From the NCBI GenBank assembly GCA_016700015.1, contig CP064995.1, positions 510,001 through 542,000 on the forward strand: a DNA stretch of 32,000 nucleotides, read 5' to 3'. This document shows, one piece after another, positions 13,920-22,453 of the stretch; the first letter of the stretch is position 1, and each line of letters opens with the position of its first letter. Made by a program: the position numbers and the translations under genes. The notes under the pieces are model-generated. The model searched no databases. It was not told the origin of the DNA and saw only the letters and a program-made list of their open reading frames with translations. Source of the DNA: Candidatus Saccharimonadota bacterium (GTDB lineage Bacteria > Patescibacteriota > Saccharimonadia > Saccharimonadales > Saccharimonadaceae).

Positions 13920-15370
13920 TTCGTCATCGTACTGCGAACAATGTCTATACCCGCCGGTGTTGAAATAGTGGAGTAAAGATATTTATAATTTTCAGACAAC
14001 CCGACAGCAGCATCACTTGCACCACTCACTATCATTTGGCCATTTGTACCGTCAAAATCATAGTATGTGGCCGTACCACCAGCGACGGCCGCCCAGTGAT
14101 AGCCATCGATCCAGCCAACAGCCCGCGAGGGGGCAGTAGCGAGTGTGAGGCGTGAAGACTGCATGAGTTCGAGGTCGTAGCCGGCTATATGCTCACCAGA
14201 CTGCACCATAACAAAGCGATTATCACCCGGAGAATAGCGTAGTGTCGTAGCACCTGGGGCAACTGTGAATGTAGCAACGACTTTCTGATTAAGTGCGCCC
14301 GATGAATCAGTATCGGGCAGGTCTCCCTTCGAAATTGTCACGGTAGTGCCGCTAAGTGTCGTAATATAACGTTCACCAAAATAGGTGCTAGCAAGCACCT
14401 TATAGACATCACCGCCTGATGTCGATCCCAAACTCCGCGCCTTGGTGGCGCCATCTGATACATAGCCTATCGTACGTACCCCCGTCGTGTCCGGAAGCGT
14501 CGTATATGTGACACCGGTTTGGTTCGTCTGAGAAAATTCAGCGATATTGCCAACAATAGGAGCGGATAGTGTGCTGCTGGCAAGCCCTAGGCGCCGTAGT
14601 TCACGAGCGGCTGTCACCACATACACCGTACCCGGGTCACCAAACCGGTAGTCAACGGCAGCGATATCTGCCCCTGCACTTTGATTAATGTTATACATCG
14701 CATTCCCTCCACGAATATCGATCGACAGATATTCGGACTTATCCAGATAGGTATGCTGTACGATTGCGGACCGCGCCTCTTTGTCGAGGCCAACCAGGCT
14801 AAATGTTTGGGTAGTCGCATCTTCAGTTGCGGTATAAAGGCTAGTTGGTATCTGCACCTTTGTCAGTGAAGGTACATCGCTGTTGAGGGAAATAACGTAG
14901 AGTAAGGGGTTCGAAGGCTCTGCAACCACCACCATCGATTTGCGATCATAGGAAACCATACTGCTTGAAATTGTCGGTAGAGTTGCTACTGTGGTGACTG
15001 TGGGTTTCGTAGGTTTTAGCAGTGCATAGTTGAGCCACAACACCCCTCCAGCCTGTACAAAAACGTCTTTTTGCCACGAGGTATAGCCTTCTTTGGCGAT
15101 AGTAATGGTATGCTGTCCACTCATCGCCGTTATCTTGCTCGCTGTTTTGTTAGCAAGTCGAATTCCGTCAATTGTCACCACCGCACCGCTAGGTCGAGAA
15201 TCAAATTGCACTAGTCCACCTTGTTCTACCTTACCGTCATAGCGGTTAAACCGATAACCAAGCATCACGAGTGCCAAAATACCGACCACTGTAATGACAC
15301 TGAGTGCCATAAGCGTGTAGACAAAGATAAGTTGCGCCCGCTTTTGGCGTTTGCTTTTACGTCGATTCAT
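13916..15370 (-). CDS. PEGA domain-containing membrane-anchored surface protein with large beta-rich C-domain
   Basis: An N-terminal TM (LIFVYTLMALSVITVVGILALVMLGY) is followed by a PEGA-like segment (VVTIDGIRLANKTASKITAMSGQHTITIAKEGYTSWQKDVFV). After that comes ~350 aa of repetitive beta-strand-like sequence. Confidence 0.8.
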   Translation of the reverse strand: MNRRKSKRQKRAQLIFVYTLMALSVITVVGILALVMLGYRFNRYDGKVEQGGLVQFDSRPSGAVVTIDGIRLANKTASKITAMSGQHTITIAKEGYTSWQKDVFVQAGGVLWLNYALLKPTKPTVTTVATLPTISSSMVSYDRKSMVVVAEPSNPLLYVISLNSDVPSLTKVQIPTSLYTATEDATTQTFSLVGLDKEARSAIVQHTYLDKSEYLSIDIRGGNAMYNINQSAGADIAAVDYRFGDPGTVYVVTAARELRRLGLASSTLSAPIVGNIAEFSQTNQTGVTYTTLPDTTGVRTIGYVSDGATKARSLGSTSGGDVYKVLASTYFGERYITTLSGTTVTISKGDLPDTDSSGALNQKVVATFTVAPGATTLRYSPGDNRFVMVQSGEHIAGYDLELMQSSRLTLATAPSRAVGWIDGYHWAAVAGGTATYYDFDGTNGQMIVSGASDAAVGLSENYKYLYSTISTPAGIDIVRSTMTN

Positions 15371-15380
15371 ACGTACAGCT

Positions 15381-15386
15381 ATTATA
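15381..15386 (-). promoter_or_regulatory. -10 box (TATAAT) for the PEGA gene
   Basis: The minus-strand TATAAT ends 10 nt before the ATG (15368-15370). There is no SD, so the transcript would be near-leaderless. Confidence 0.4.
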
Positions 15387-15490
15387 GCCCAGGTGACTCA
15401 ACAAATGAACCCTTGCCAAACAAGCATGACGCCCCTATACTAATAGGTAAGCACGAGCGGGGTAGCTCGGGAAGAAATAATAGGAAAGTT

Positions 15491-16444
15491 ATGAGCCAAC
15501 AGACAGTTACGGTCAATGGGACGGTGTATGACAAGAAAACCGGCCTACCAGTCCGCATGGAGCGAGAAGCGCACAGTGTAAAGACGCAGCAAGCCTCGTC
15601 AGTGCATGTGTCGCTGCAAAAATCTCGCACGCTCAATCGCAAATATGTTGTCAGCAGCAAGCCGGTGATTTCACATGGTTCTCCGTCACCAGCAGTTATT
15701 CATCACAAGCCCGCTCCCACGCCACTTGTTAGTCGGAGCGAGTCGATTTCGCGCTTTGCCAGGCAATACAATAGTCAGCACCGTACGGTCAAACAAAACA
15801 CTGTTTCTGATTTTGCTCCCCGCCAGCACCCAGTAGTACGTCGCGCTGAAAATCGCATAGTAAAGCCAGACATCGCTCAAGCGCTCAAGCCCTCGCAGAT
15901 TATCAAACAAGAAGCCATCGCCGCAGCGATGGCCAAAACACCAGTCAAGCGCGGCGACAAACAACACAAAGCTACTGGTGAAAATCGTTTTGCAAAAGCC
16001 TTCAGTATTGCATCGGCATCACTTGCTCTACTACTCCTTGGCGGGTACTTTACGTACCTCAATATGCCTCAGCTCTCCACCCGCGTGGCTGCCGCGCAGG
16101 CCGGTATTAATGCCAGCTACCCGGCCTATAAGCCATCGGGCTACAGCCTATCCGGCCCCGTAGCCTACGGTCAAGGTAACGTAACAATGAAATTTGCTGC
16201 CAATTCTAGCCCTATTGCCTATACGCTCACTCAGGCAAGATCTGAGTGGGACTCCTCGGCTGTACTAGACAATTACGTCACCCCAGCGGCAGGGACGCGC
16301 TACACTACAACCAGCGCCAATGGCTTAACTATTTATACGTACGGTACTAGTGCGGCCTGGGTAAATGGTGGGATTTTATATACCATCAGCGGCAACGCCC
16401 CCTTGAGCCCTGAGCAGGTGCAGCATATTGCAACCAGTCTATAG
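15491..16444 (+). CDS. Hypothetical single-TM protein with extracytoplasmic C-domain (possibly DUF4367-like)
   Basis: Trimmed to MSQQTVTVNG, with AGGAAAG upstream. A basic/polar N-region of ~200 aa precedes the TM FSIASASLALLLLGGYFTYL. The C-domain runs YKPSGYSLSG...VTMKF...YTLTQ. Confidence 0.65.
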   Translation: MSQQTVTVNGTVYDKKTGLPVRMEREAHSVKTQQASSVHVSLQKSRTLNRKYVVSSKPVISHGSPSPAVIHHKPAPTPLVSRSESISRFARQYNSQHRTVKQNTVSDFAPRQHPVVRRAENRIVKPDIAQALKPSQIIKQEAIAAAMAKTPVKRGDKQHKATGENRFAKAFSIASASLALLLLGGYFTYLNMPQLSTRVAAAQAGINASYPAYKPSGYSLSGPVAYGQGNVTMKFAANSSPIAYTLTQARSEWDSSAVLDNYVTPAAGTRYTTTSANGLTIYTYGTSAAWVNGGILYTISGNAPLSPEQVQHIATSL

Positions 16445-16457
16445 GGGTAAGAAGCAT

Positions 16458-16877
16458 ATGAAACACAGCAAGCAACAAGTCAGCGCCGTCCATTACGCGA
16501 TATTTATCACACTCATGACCGTGCTATTTTTCTCGACAGCGTTTTTTATATTTGCAATGAGCACTTATCCTCCATCCGCTCCTGGCCCACAAACATTCTG
16601 GGGTAACCCTATCGTTGTTGCTATTTGTACTTTACTCGCTTTTCCTTTTATTATGATGATGCTTTTGCCTTTATATGAATCAATTTTTTATCACAGATAC
16701 ACCGGGCAAAGTAGGGGGCAAGACTGGTTATACTCCGCGCTATTCATAAGTTTTATTGTTGATATTGTGTTCGTTTTCTCATACAACACTAGTAGCAGCT
16801 TGTTGCAGTCGATGATCGGGCTAGTGATCTTGCAGGCCATCACGCCGCTCGCAATAGCCTTCAGTCGCATGGACTAG
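16458..16877 (+). CDS. Hypothetical polytopic membrane protein (4 TM)
   Basis: Trimmed to MKHSKQQVS. Four hydrophobic segments. It starts 13 nt after the upstream stop. Confidence 0.6.
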   Translation: MKHSKQQVSAVHYAIFITLMTVLFFSTAFFIFAMSTYPPSAPGPQTFWGNPIVVAICTLLAFPFIMMMLLPLYESIFYHRYTGQSRGQDWLYSALFISFIVDIVFVFSYNTSSSLLQSMIGLVILQAITPLAIAFSRMD

Positions 16878-16982
16878 TGGGACCGGGGGAACACAATCGG
16901 GGTAACTGGGCGTCACTAGCAACGGTATCCAGGATCGGCCGGCCAGCGCCGGGCCATCTGACGCCTGAGCGCACACTCTACT

Positions 16983-17004
16983 CCCACCCCATACCAGGGG
17001 TGGG
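16983..17004 (+). terminator. GC hairpin (terminator-like) at the end of a GC-rich non-coding stretch
   Basis: CCCACCCC-ATACCA-GGGGTGGG. The downstream T-tract is poor (CTATTCAAT). Confidence 0.3.
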
Positions 17005-17017
17005 CTATTCAATAGTA

Positions 17018-17046
17018 TTGACTTTTATTATAATATGTGCTATAAT
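17018..17046 (+). promoter_or_regulatory. Consensus promoter for acidic-protein gene 17094
   Basis: TTGACT (17018-17023), 17 nt, then TGcTATAAT (-10 at 17041-17046). A second TATAAT lies in the spacer (17029-17034). Confidence 0.65.
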
Positions 17047-17093
17047 GAAATTCAGGAATAATTCCCACTACTGAAAAGAAAAGGGGATAGCAC

Positions 17094-17501
17094 ATGAAGG
17101 GTGGCCTTTACGACGGGCTGCGGATGGACGATGATGTCCTCCCGTCCTACGACTGGGATGACATTTTGGGTTGCGCCCACCCCACTTCGTGGGACGAGCT
17201 CGAGCGATTCGAGCGGGAGGACCGAGAATGGGAAGAGAGTGATGCGTGGGATGAGCTCAACGAGCGCTCCCGCAACCTGGACCCGTACAGCACCTACTTC
17301 GAGGTGATGGCCAGGTTGGACCCCGTCGGCGACGACGAAGACCCAGTGCGGGAGTACGAGCTGTACTGCCAGCTGTCCGAGCAGGCCAGCCCTGCGGTCA
17401 ACCCGCAGGTCGTCGCTGCCTGGCAGCGCCACCTGCGCCGCGGCCGCGCTCGCACTTCGCCCTACGCGCACGCCGCGTGGGTTGCCACCATGAGTGTCTA
17501 G
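17094..17501 (+). CDS. Highly acidic Trp-rich hypothetical protein with basic C-terminus (135 aa), GC-rich cassette
   Basis: AAGGGGA upstream of the ATG. About 30 Asp/Glu in the first ~95 residues by hand count. W-acidic motifs recur (YDWDD, SWDEL, EWEES, AWDEL). The C-terminus is RHLRRGRARTSPYAH. Confidence 0.65.
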   Translation: MKGGLYDGLRMDDDVLPSYDWDDILGCAHPTSWDELERFEREDREWEESDAWDELNERSRNLDPYSTYFEVMARLDPVGDDEDPVREYELYCQLSEQASPAVNPQVVAAWQRHLRRGRARTSPYAHAAWVATMSV

Positions 17502-17513
17502 TGTGGCACTACC

Positions 17514-17567
17514 ACACCCCGTCTTGCACCACCGCCAAGTGTGGTCGCGAGACGGGGTGTTCTCTGT
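17514..17567 (+). terminator. Intrinsic terminator of 17094-17501
   Basis: An 11-bp stem, ACACCCCGTCT (17514-17524) with AGACGGGGTGT (17550-17560), has additional inner pairing. It is followed by TCTCTGTT. Confidence 0.6.
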
Positions 17568-17573
17568 TATAAT
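17565..17573 (+). promoter_or_regulatory. Extended -10 promoter (TGtTATAAT) for gltX, leaderless configuration
   Basis: TATAAT (17568-17573) ends 7 nt before the ATG at 17581. There is no SD. Confidence 0.5.
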
Positions 17574-17580
17574 ACCTATC

Positions 17581-18993
17581 ATGATAGTTCGTACTCGTTT
17601 TGCCCCCAGCCCTACCGGTTTTCTCCATGTCGGTGGGATTCGTACCGCCTTGTTTGCATTCCTGGTGGCCAGACAAGCCGGAGGCACGTTCGTTCTTCGC
17701 TTTGAAGATACCGACAAAAAACGCGAGGTACCGGGCAGCGCCGAACACTTAATCTCTAGCCTCAAAGCCATCGGCATCGAATACGACGAAGGACCAGACA
17801 TTGGCGGGCCGTTCGCACCATACGTGCAGAGTCAGCGACTCGACCATTATAAGCAGTGGGCGCAAAAGCTTATTGATGCCGGGCGGGCGTATGCCGACCC
17901 GTACACTCCAGAGCAAATCCAACGGTTTCGCGAGGAAGCACAAGCGAACAAACGGGCATTTTTGTATCGTAACTATCGCCCCGAAAACCCACCTATTTGG
18001 GACGGAACTCGTCCGCTCCGTTTTAAATCGGAACCAAAAAGCTACCAGTACCACGACGAGGTAATGGGGGATATATCGACCAGTCCCGAAGTTGTCGACG
18101 ATATTATTCTCATAAAGTCAGATGGCTATCCTACCTATAATTTCGCTCATATCATCGACGATGCAGAGATGGAAATTACCCACGTCATCCGCGGCCAGGA
18201 ATTTATTTCCAGCATGCCTAACTACCTTGCGCTTTACGAAGCGCTTGGGCTGAGCCGCCCGCTATTTGCACATATGCCGCACATTATGAATGAGCAGGGG
18301 AACAAAAAGCTCGGCAAACGTGACGGCGCAAAAGACGTGCTCGACTATATCCGCGACGGCTATTTGCCCGAAACGATGATGAGTTTTATTGCCACTATGG
18401 GCTGGAACGATGGTACGGAGCAAGAAGTTTTTACAAAGCAGGAGCTTGTCGACAAATTTAGCCTCGAACGCGTCCAGCGCAGTGGTGCTCGTTTTGATGA
18501 AAAACGGCTGTTGTGGATGAACGGGCATTTTATCCGCGAACTTTCCCTCGACGAGCTGTATGACCGAATTGAATTTTTCTGGAGCGAGAGTGCCAAAAAG
18601 GCCCCCGAAAGCTACAAAAAACAAGTACTTGCACTTGCTCACGAACGGCTCAAAACGTTGAAAGATTTGCCAGCACTGACGAGCTACTTTTTCGAAGAGC
18701 CCACCCGCGACGACACGCTCATTACTGGCAATAAACAGCTCAAAAATCTCTCACAAACTGATATTAATCATCTGTTAGAAACAGTCAAATCCGAATTTGA
18801 GAAGATTGACGACTGGAACGGCGAAACAATTCAGCAGACGCTCAATCACTTGCTCGAACTTACCGGTCAAAAACCCGGCGTGCTGTTCAGCCTCATTCGC
18901 ATTGTTACCACGTGGGCGCCCTTTAGCCCACAGTTAAACGACACCCTAGCACTGCTTGGCAAACAAACAACGCTTGCCCGCCTGAGTAAATAG
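17581..18993 (+). CDS. gltX: Glutamate--tRNA ligase
   Basis: Trimmed to MIVRTRFAPSPTGFLHVGGIRTALF (HIGH-type motif). The KMSKS-equivalent is KLGKRDG. Length of 470 aa is typical. Confidence 0.93.
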   Translation: MIVRTRFAPSPTGFLHVGGIRTALFAFLVARQAGGTFVLRFEDTDKKREVPGSAEHLISSLKAIGIEYDEGPDIGGPFAPYVQSQRLDHYKQWAQKLIDAGRAYADPYTPEQIQRFREEAQANKRAFLYRNYRPENPPIWDGTRPLRFKSEPKSYQYHDEVMGDISTSPEVVDDIILIKSDGYPTYNFAHIIDDAEMEITHVIRGQEFISSMPNYLALYEALGLSRPLFAHMPHIMNEQGNKKLGKRDGAKDVLDYIRDGYLPETMMSFIATMGWNDGTEQEVFTKQELVDKFSLERVQRSGARFDEKRLLWMNGHFIRELSLDELYDRIEFFWSESAKKAPESYKKQVLALAHERLKTLKDLPALTSYFFEEPTRDDTLITGNKQLKNLSQTDINHLLETVKSEFEKIDDWNGETIQQTLNHLLELTGQKPGVLFSLIRIVTTWAPFSPQLNDTLALLGKQTTLARLSK

Positions 18994-19022
18994 CCCTACA
19001 AATTGAAGTGGTCACATCCCTC

Positions 19023-19031
19023 TGATATACT
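19023..19031 (+). promoter_or_regulatory. Extended -10 promoter (TGaTATACT) for gene 19042
   Basis: TATACT (19026-19031) ends 10 nt before the ATG at 19042. There is no SD. Confidence 0.4.
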
Positions 19032-19041
19032 AATCATAAGC

Positions 19042-20133
19042 ATGAAACCACGGCCTCCTCATCAGCTGTTTCCGCGCCTCCACGAGTGGATCCACACGCA
19101 CCGCACGCGCACCTACGCCTTTGTAGGGCTGGGCCTTGTAGTATCGGCGGCTCTGGTCGCTGCCACGGTCTACTACCAATCACCGGTCGCAACAGTCGAC
19201 ACGACACCTATTAAAGTAGCGAATAAGCCCAAGCCTGCGCCTGTGTACTATTCGCCGCTAACCGGCCTAAAAGTCGATAGCGAAGCAGCTACCAAACAAC
19301 TAGTCACTGCCATTATGATCGAAAACAGCCCTGACGCTCGGCCGCAAAGCGGGCTCAAAGACGCCGGCATTGTGTATGAGGCTATCGCCGAAGGCGGCAT
19401 CACTCGCTTTTTGACACTCCACCAAGAAGATAAACCACAGCTGATTGGCCCGGTGCGCAGCCTGCGCATGTATTACCTCGACTGGGCGGCTCCGTATAAT
19501 GCCAGTATTGCCCATATTGGCGGTAGCGCAGCCGCACTTGGCGAGGTACGTAATGGTAATTACCGAGATATAGACCAGTTTTTTAACGCCGCTTACTACT
19601 GGCGAGCCAGCGATCGCTATGCCCCACACAACGTCTACACCAGCTTCGAAAAGCTCGATGCTCTCAACGCCAAGAAGGGTTACACTAGTTCGTCATTCAC
19701 CGGTTTTAGTCGTACCGATGGCAAAGCCAGCACCGTACCAAATGCGACATCGATCGACATGAACTTTAGCAGCACATGGTACAACACGCACTACGACTAC
19801 GACCCGGCGACCAACACCTACCTGCGCAGTATTGGCGGTGCACCAAGTGAAGATAGGGAAAAGGGTAGACTAACACCAAGTGTCGTCGTGGCACTGAAAG
19901 TTGACATGCACACCATACTCGAAGATGGCTACCGGCAATCGATTCAAACGACCGGCACCGGCACGGCTTATGTATTTCAAAATGGCACAGTCACCGAATG
20001 CACCTGGCGCAAGAACGACCGCATGTCACCGCTCGAGCTACTCGATGCGTCCGGAAAAACAATCTTACTTAACAGGGGCCAAACCTGGGTTGGTGCCATC
20101 CCAAATAGTGGTGGGAGCGTATCATGGACGTAG
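19042..20133 (+). CDS. DUF3048 (YerB-like) domain protein, membrane-anchored
   Basis: Trimmed to MKPRPPHQLF. An N-terminal TM (AFVGLGLVVSAALVAATVYY) is present. The segment AIMIENSPDARPQSGLKDAGIVYEAIAEGGITRFLTLH matches my memory of the DUF3048 core. Confidence 0.7.
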   Translation: MKPRPPHQLFPRLHEWIHTHRTRTYAFVGLGLVVSAALVAATVYYQSPVATVDTTPIKVANKPKPAPVYYSPLTGLKVDSEAATKQLVTAIMIENSPDARPQSGLKDAGIVYEAIAEGGITRFLTLHQEDKPQLIGPVRSLRMYYLDWAAPYNASIAHIGGSAAALGEVRNGNYRDIDQFFNAAYYWRASDRYAPHNVYTSFEKLDALNAKKGYTSSSFTGFSRTDGKASTVPNATSIDMNFSSTWYNTHYDYDPATNTYLRSIGGAPSEDREKGRLTPSVVVALKVDMHTILEDGYRQSIQTTGTGTAYVFQNGTVTECTWRKNDRMSPLELLDASGKTILLNRGQTWVGAIPNSGGSVSWT

Positions 20134-21701
20134 TGCCAACCCCACCACCACTACCAACACCAGCCCAAGCCCCGACAAAGCCTATACTGCTACGCGACTA
20201 TTGGCCGCGGTTTAACCGAACAGCTATGCTCATAACGGTTGTCATGCAGCTAGCAGTGGCAGTAGTGGTCGGCATGTCGCTCCTCACCGCCGGCCTCCAC
20301 ACCAACGATGCAGGGTTTTGGATTATTATCCTAGCGACTTTTCTGACGGCAACTGGCCTCAATATTCTCCTCGTCCACGAGCTGCTGCGCCCACATCATG
20401 ACCTCGTGAATGCAATTACCAGCGCTGCCGGTGAAGAACCTAACGGACCGCTCGCAACACCAAACTCGGTCAGCTACCAACGCAACGGCTTCAAGCCAGT
20501 TCTCCAGTTTGTTTACGAACTAGTTGCCGACAAAAATAAGCCATCCGCTACCTCAACACAAAATACCGACGATCTGCAACGACTATCGGCTGCGCTCGAA
20601 CATACCAAGGCAGGACTTGTCATCCTCGATGCCGATGGACACGTGCAATATGCTAACAAGCGTGCACCTATCGCTAAGGATGTAAACAACGTTCCTCAAC
20701 TCGAATTATTATTCGAAAAAGAAGGTGAGTTTGCCGCATGGCTGGCGAAGTGTCGCGAAACTGCCGTACACGACGAAAAAACCTGGCTTAGAGTACCAAA
20801 TAGAATTGTTGGCGACGAAGATCGACGGATTTTTGATGTCGCCGCCAGCTACGAAAAGGGCAGTGCGGCTGAAGTAGTACTGGTGCTGTTCGACAATACC
20901 GGCACCTACAAACCCGAAGACGACGAGCTGGACTTTATATCATTTGCCGCACACGAACTGCGTGGACCAATTACTGTCATTCGCGGCTACCTAGACGTGC
21001 TTGATATCGAGCTTGAGCAGGTGTTAGCCCCCGACCAGAAGGAGCTAATGAAGCGATTGATTGTCAGTGCCAATCGCCTGAGCGGCTACATAAACAATAT
21101 TCTCAACACTAGCAAATACGATCGTCGACACTTGCAAATTCACCTCGCCGAAGAACGACTCGGCGATATTTACGATACGATTCGCGACGATATGGCACTC
21201 CGCGCCAGCTCACAAAACCGCCTACTCAGTGTCACCATTCCGTCCGATTTGCCGACAATCGCCGCTGATCGTTCGAGCCTGAGCGAAGTTATCAGCAACC
21301 TCATCGACAACGCGCTAAAGTATAGCAATGAAGGCGGTGCCGTCGCGGTATCGGCACGACTCAAAGACCCAGCAACGGTAGAAGTGAGCATACAAGACAA
21401 CGGCATCGGCATGCCGAGCAACGTGGTCGGAAACTTGTTTCATAAGTTTTATCGAAGCCATCGTTCTAGGGAAACAGTCGCTGGCACCGGCATAGGACTC
21501 TACATTTGCAAAGCAATTGTCGAAAGTCACGGAGGCACGATAGGGGTGAGCAGTATCGAGGGCCAAGGATCAACCTTTAGCTTCACCGTTCCCACCTATG
21601 CATCTGTCGCCGACAAATTACAGGCGAATGACCATACCAACGCCGGACTCATTAAAAGCAGTGACGGCTGGATTAAAAACCATTCGCGGTTTAGCAGCTA
21701 G
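20124..21701 (+). CDS. Sensor histidine kinase (2 TM, PAS-like region, HisKA plus HATPase_c)
   Basis: H-box FISFAAHELRGPITVIRGY, N-box SNLIDNALKYS, G1 DNGIGMP, G2 GTGIGLYICKAIVESHGG. The start overlaps the upstream gene by 10 nt. Confidence 0.9.
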   Translation: MDVVPTPPPLPTPAQAPTKPILLRDYWPRFNRTAMLITVVMQLAVAVVVGMSLLTAGLHTNDAGFWIIILATFLTATGLNILLVHELLRPHHDLVNAITSAAGEEPNGPLATPNSVSYQRNGFKPVLQFVYELVADKNKPSATSTQNTDDLQRLSAALEHTKAGLVILDADGHVQYANKRAPIAKDVNNVPQLELLFEKEGEFAAWLAKCRETAVHDEKTWLRVPNRIVGDEDRRIFDVAASYEKGSAAEVVLVLFDNTGTYKPEDDELDFISFAAHELRGPITVIRGYLDVLDIELEQVLAPDQKELMKRLIVSANRLSGYINNILNTSKYDRRHLQIHLAEERLGDIYDTIRDDMALRASSQNRLLSVTIPSDLPTIAADRSSLSEVISNLIDNALKYSNEGGAVAVSARLKDPATVEVSIQDNGIGMPSNVVGNLFHKFYRSHRSRETVAGTGIGLYICKAIVESHGGTIGVSSIEGQGSTFSFTVPTYASVADKLQANDHTNAGLIKSSDGWIKNHSRFSS

Positions 21702-21706
21702 CGGAA

Positions 21707-21715
21707 TGGTACAAT
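21707..21715 (+). promoter_or_regulatory. Extended -10-like element (TGgTACAAT) 6 nt before the response-regulator ATG
   Basis: TACAAT (21710-21715) ends 6 nt before the ATG at 21722. It may give independent leaderless expression in addition to read-through from the kinase gene. Confidence 0.35.
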
Positions 21716-21721
21716 AAAGCT

Positions 21722-22126
21722 ATGGCTCTTTCTACTGTACTTGTCATCGAGGACGACCGCTTTATTGGCGAAATGTACGTCCGCAGCTTGCAACATGCAG
21801 GCTATACCGTGGACTGGGTGGTTGACGGCAATGACGGCTTGGTCGCCGCTACCGGCAAGCACTACGACGTGATTCTGCTCGATATTATGCTCCCAGAAAA
21901 GCGCGGCACCGACATATTACGCTCGCTTCGGGGTGGTGGCGTCGACAAAATCCCGGGCACGCGGGTCATCGTGCTGACCAACTTCGATCAAGACACCGAA
22001 AGCCGCATGGCGATGCAGCATGATGTCGATGCTTACCTTATAAAAGCAGAGATTACACCTCGGCGGTTACTCGAAGTGATAAGCAAGCTCGACTCTGTTG
22101 CCACCAACACGCCGCCATCATCATAG
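21722..22126 (+). CDS. Response regulator, receiver domain only (CheY-like, no output domain)
   Basis: The pattern VLVIEDD ... DVILLDIMLP ... VIVLTNF ... AYLIKA fits a receiver domain. At 134 aa there is no room for a DNA-binding domain. Confidence 0.88.
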   Translation: MALSTVLVIEDDRFIGEMYVRSLQHAGYTVDWVVDGNDGLVAATGKHYDVILLDIMLPEKRGTDILRSLRGGGVDKIPGTRVIVLTNFDQDTESRMAMQHDVDAYLIKAEITPRRLLEVISKLDSVATNTPPSS

Positions 22127-22269
22127 TAACTAGACTTTGGCCCCTGTTTTTGGTAGCATAGTACAGTACTGTTGGTACACGTACTCGTGGTCGTATCTGC
22201 TCACAGCTATGACCACTCGACTCGGAATGACAAATGAGCTACACGCATTCGTCCTTCACTCATCTTCAT

Positions 22270-22430
22270 GGTCGTATCGTCTAACGTGAGAACTGCCAGT
22301 GGCAGTTTGCAAGGGAGCCCACTCTTGAAAGCTGTGCTTTCAAAGATGTGGCGACGGGGCCGCGGAACGTGGCTAGGACATCGGGTGAGAGCTGCCGGCA
22401 AGGTGGCCGATTCCCACGGCGAATCGAACA
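22270..22430 (+). pseudogene. Degenerate tRNA-Glu-like copy interrupted by an 85-nt structured insertion in the D-loop
   Basis: 22270-22286 is identical to the first 17 nt of the intact tRNA-Glu. After the insertion (22287-22371), GCTAGGACATC (22372-22382) and CGATTCCC (22408-22415) echo the D-stem/anticodon-stem and T-loop of the real gene. The anticodon and T stems no longer pair. Confidence 0.55.
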
Positions 22431-22453
22431 TTGTCAGATATAATGTTTAGTAC

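Noticed and set aside
17052-17801. 249-aa minus-strand ORF
   Set aside because: It runs antisense across a promoter, the acidic-protein gene, its terminator and the gltX start. Its composition is typical of a GC-rich antisense artefact.
22207-22450. Possibility that the region upstream of tRNA-Glu is tmRNA, SRP RNA, RNase P RNA, or a protein gene (ORFs 22207-22431 minus, 22268-22450 plus)
   Set aside because: I could not find tmRNA acceptor/T-arm ends, the SRP GGAA/AGCA domain IV motifs or the RNase P GGAAAGUCC-type motifs. The ORFs have no start context. The clear similarity is to the adjacent tRNA-Glu, so I call it a decayed or interrupted tRNA copy.
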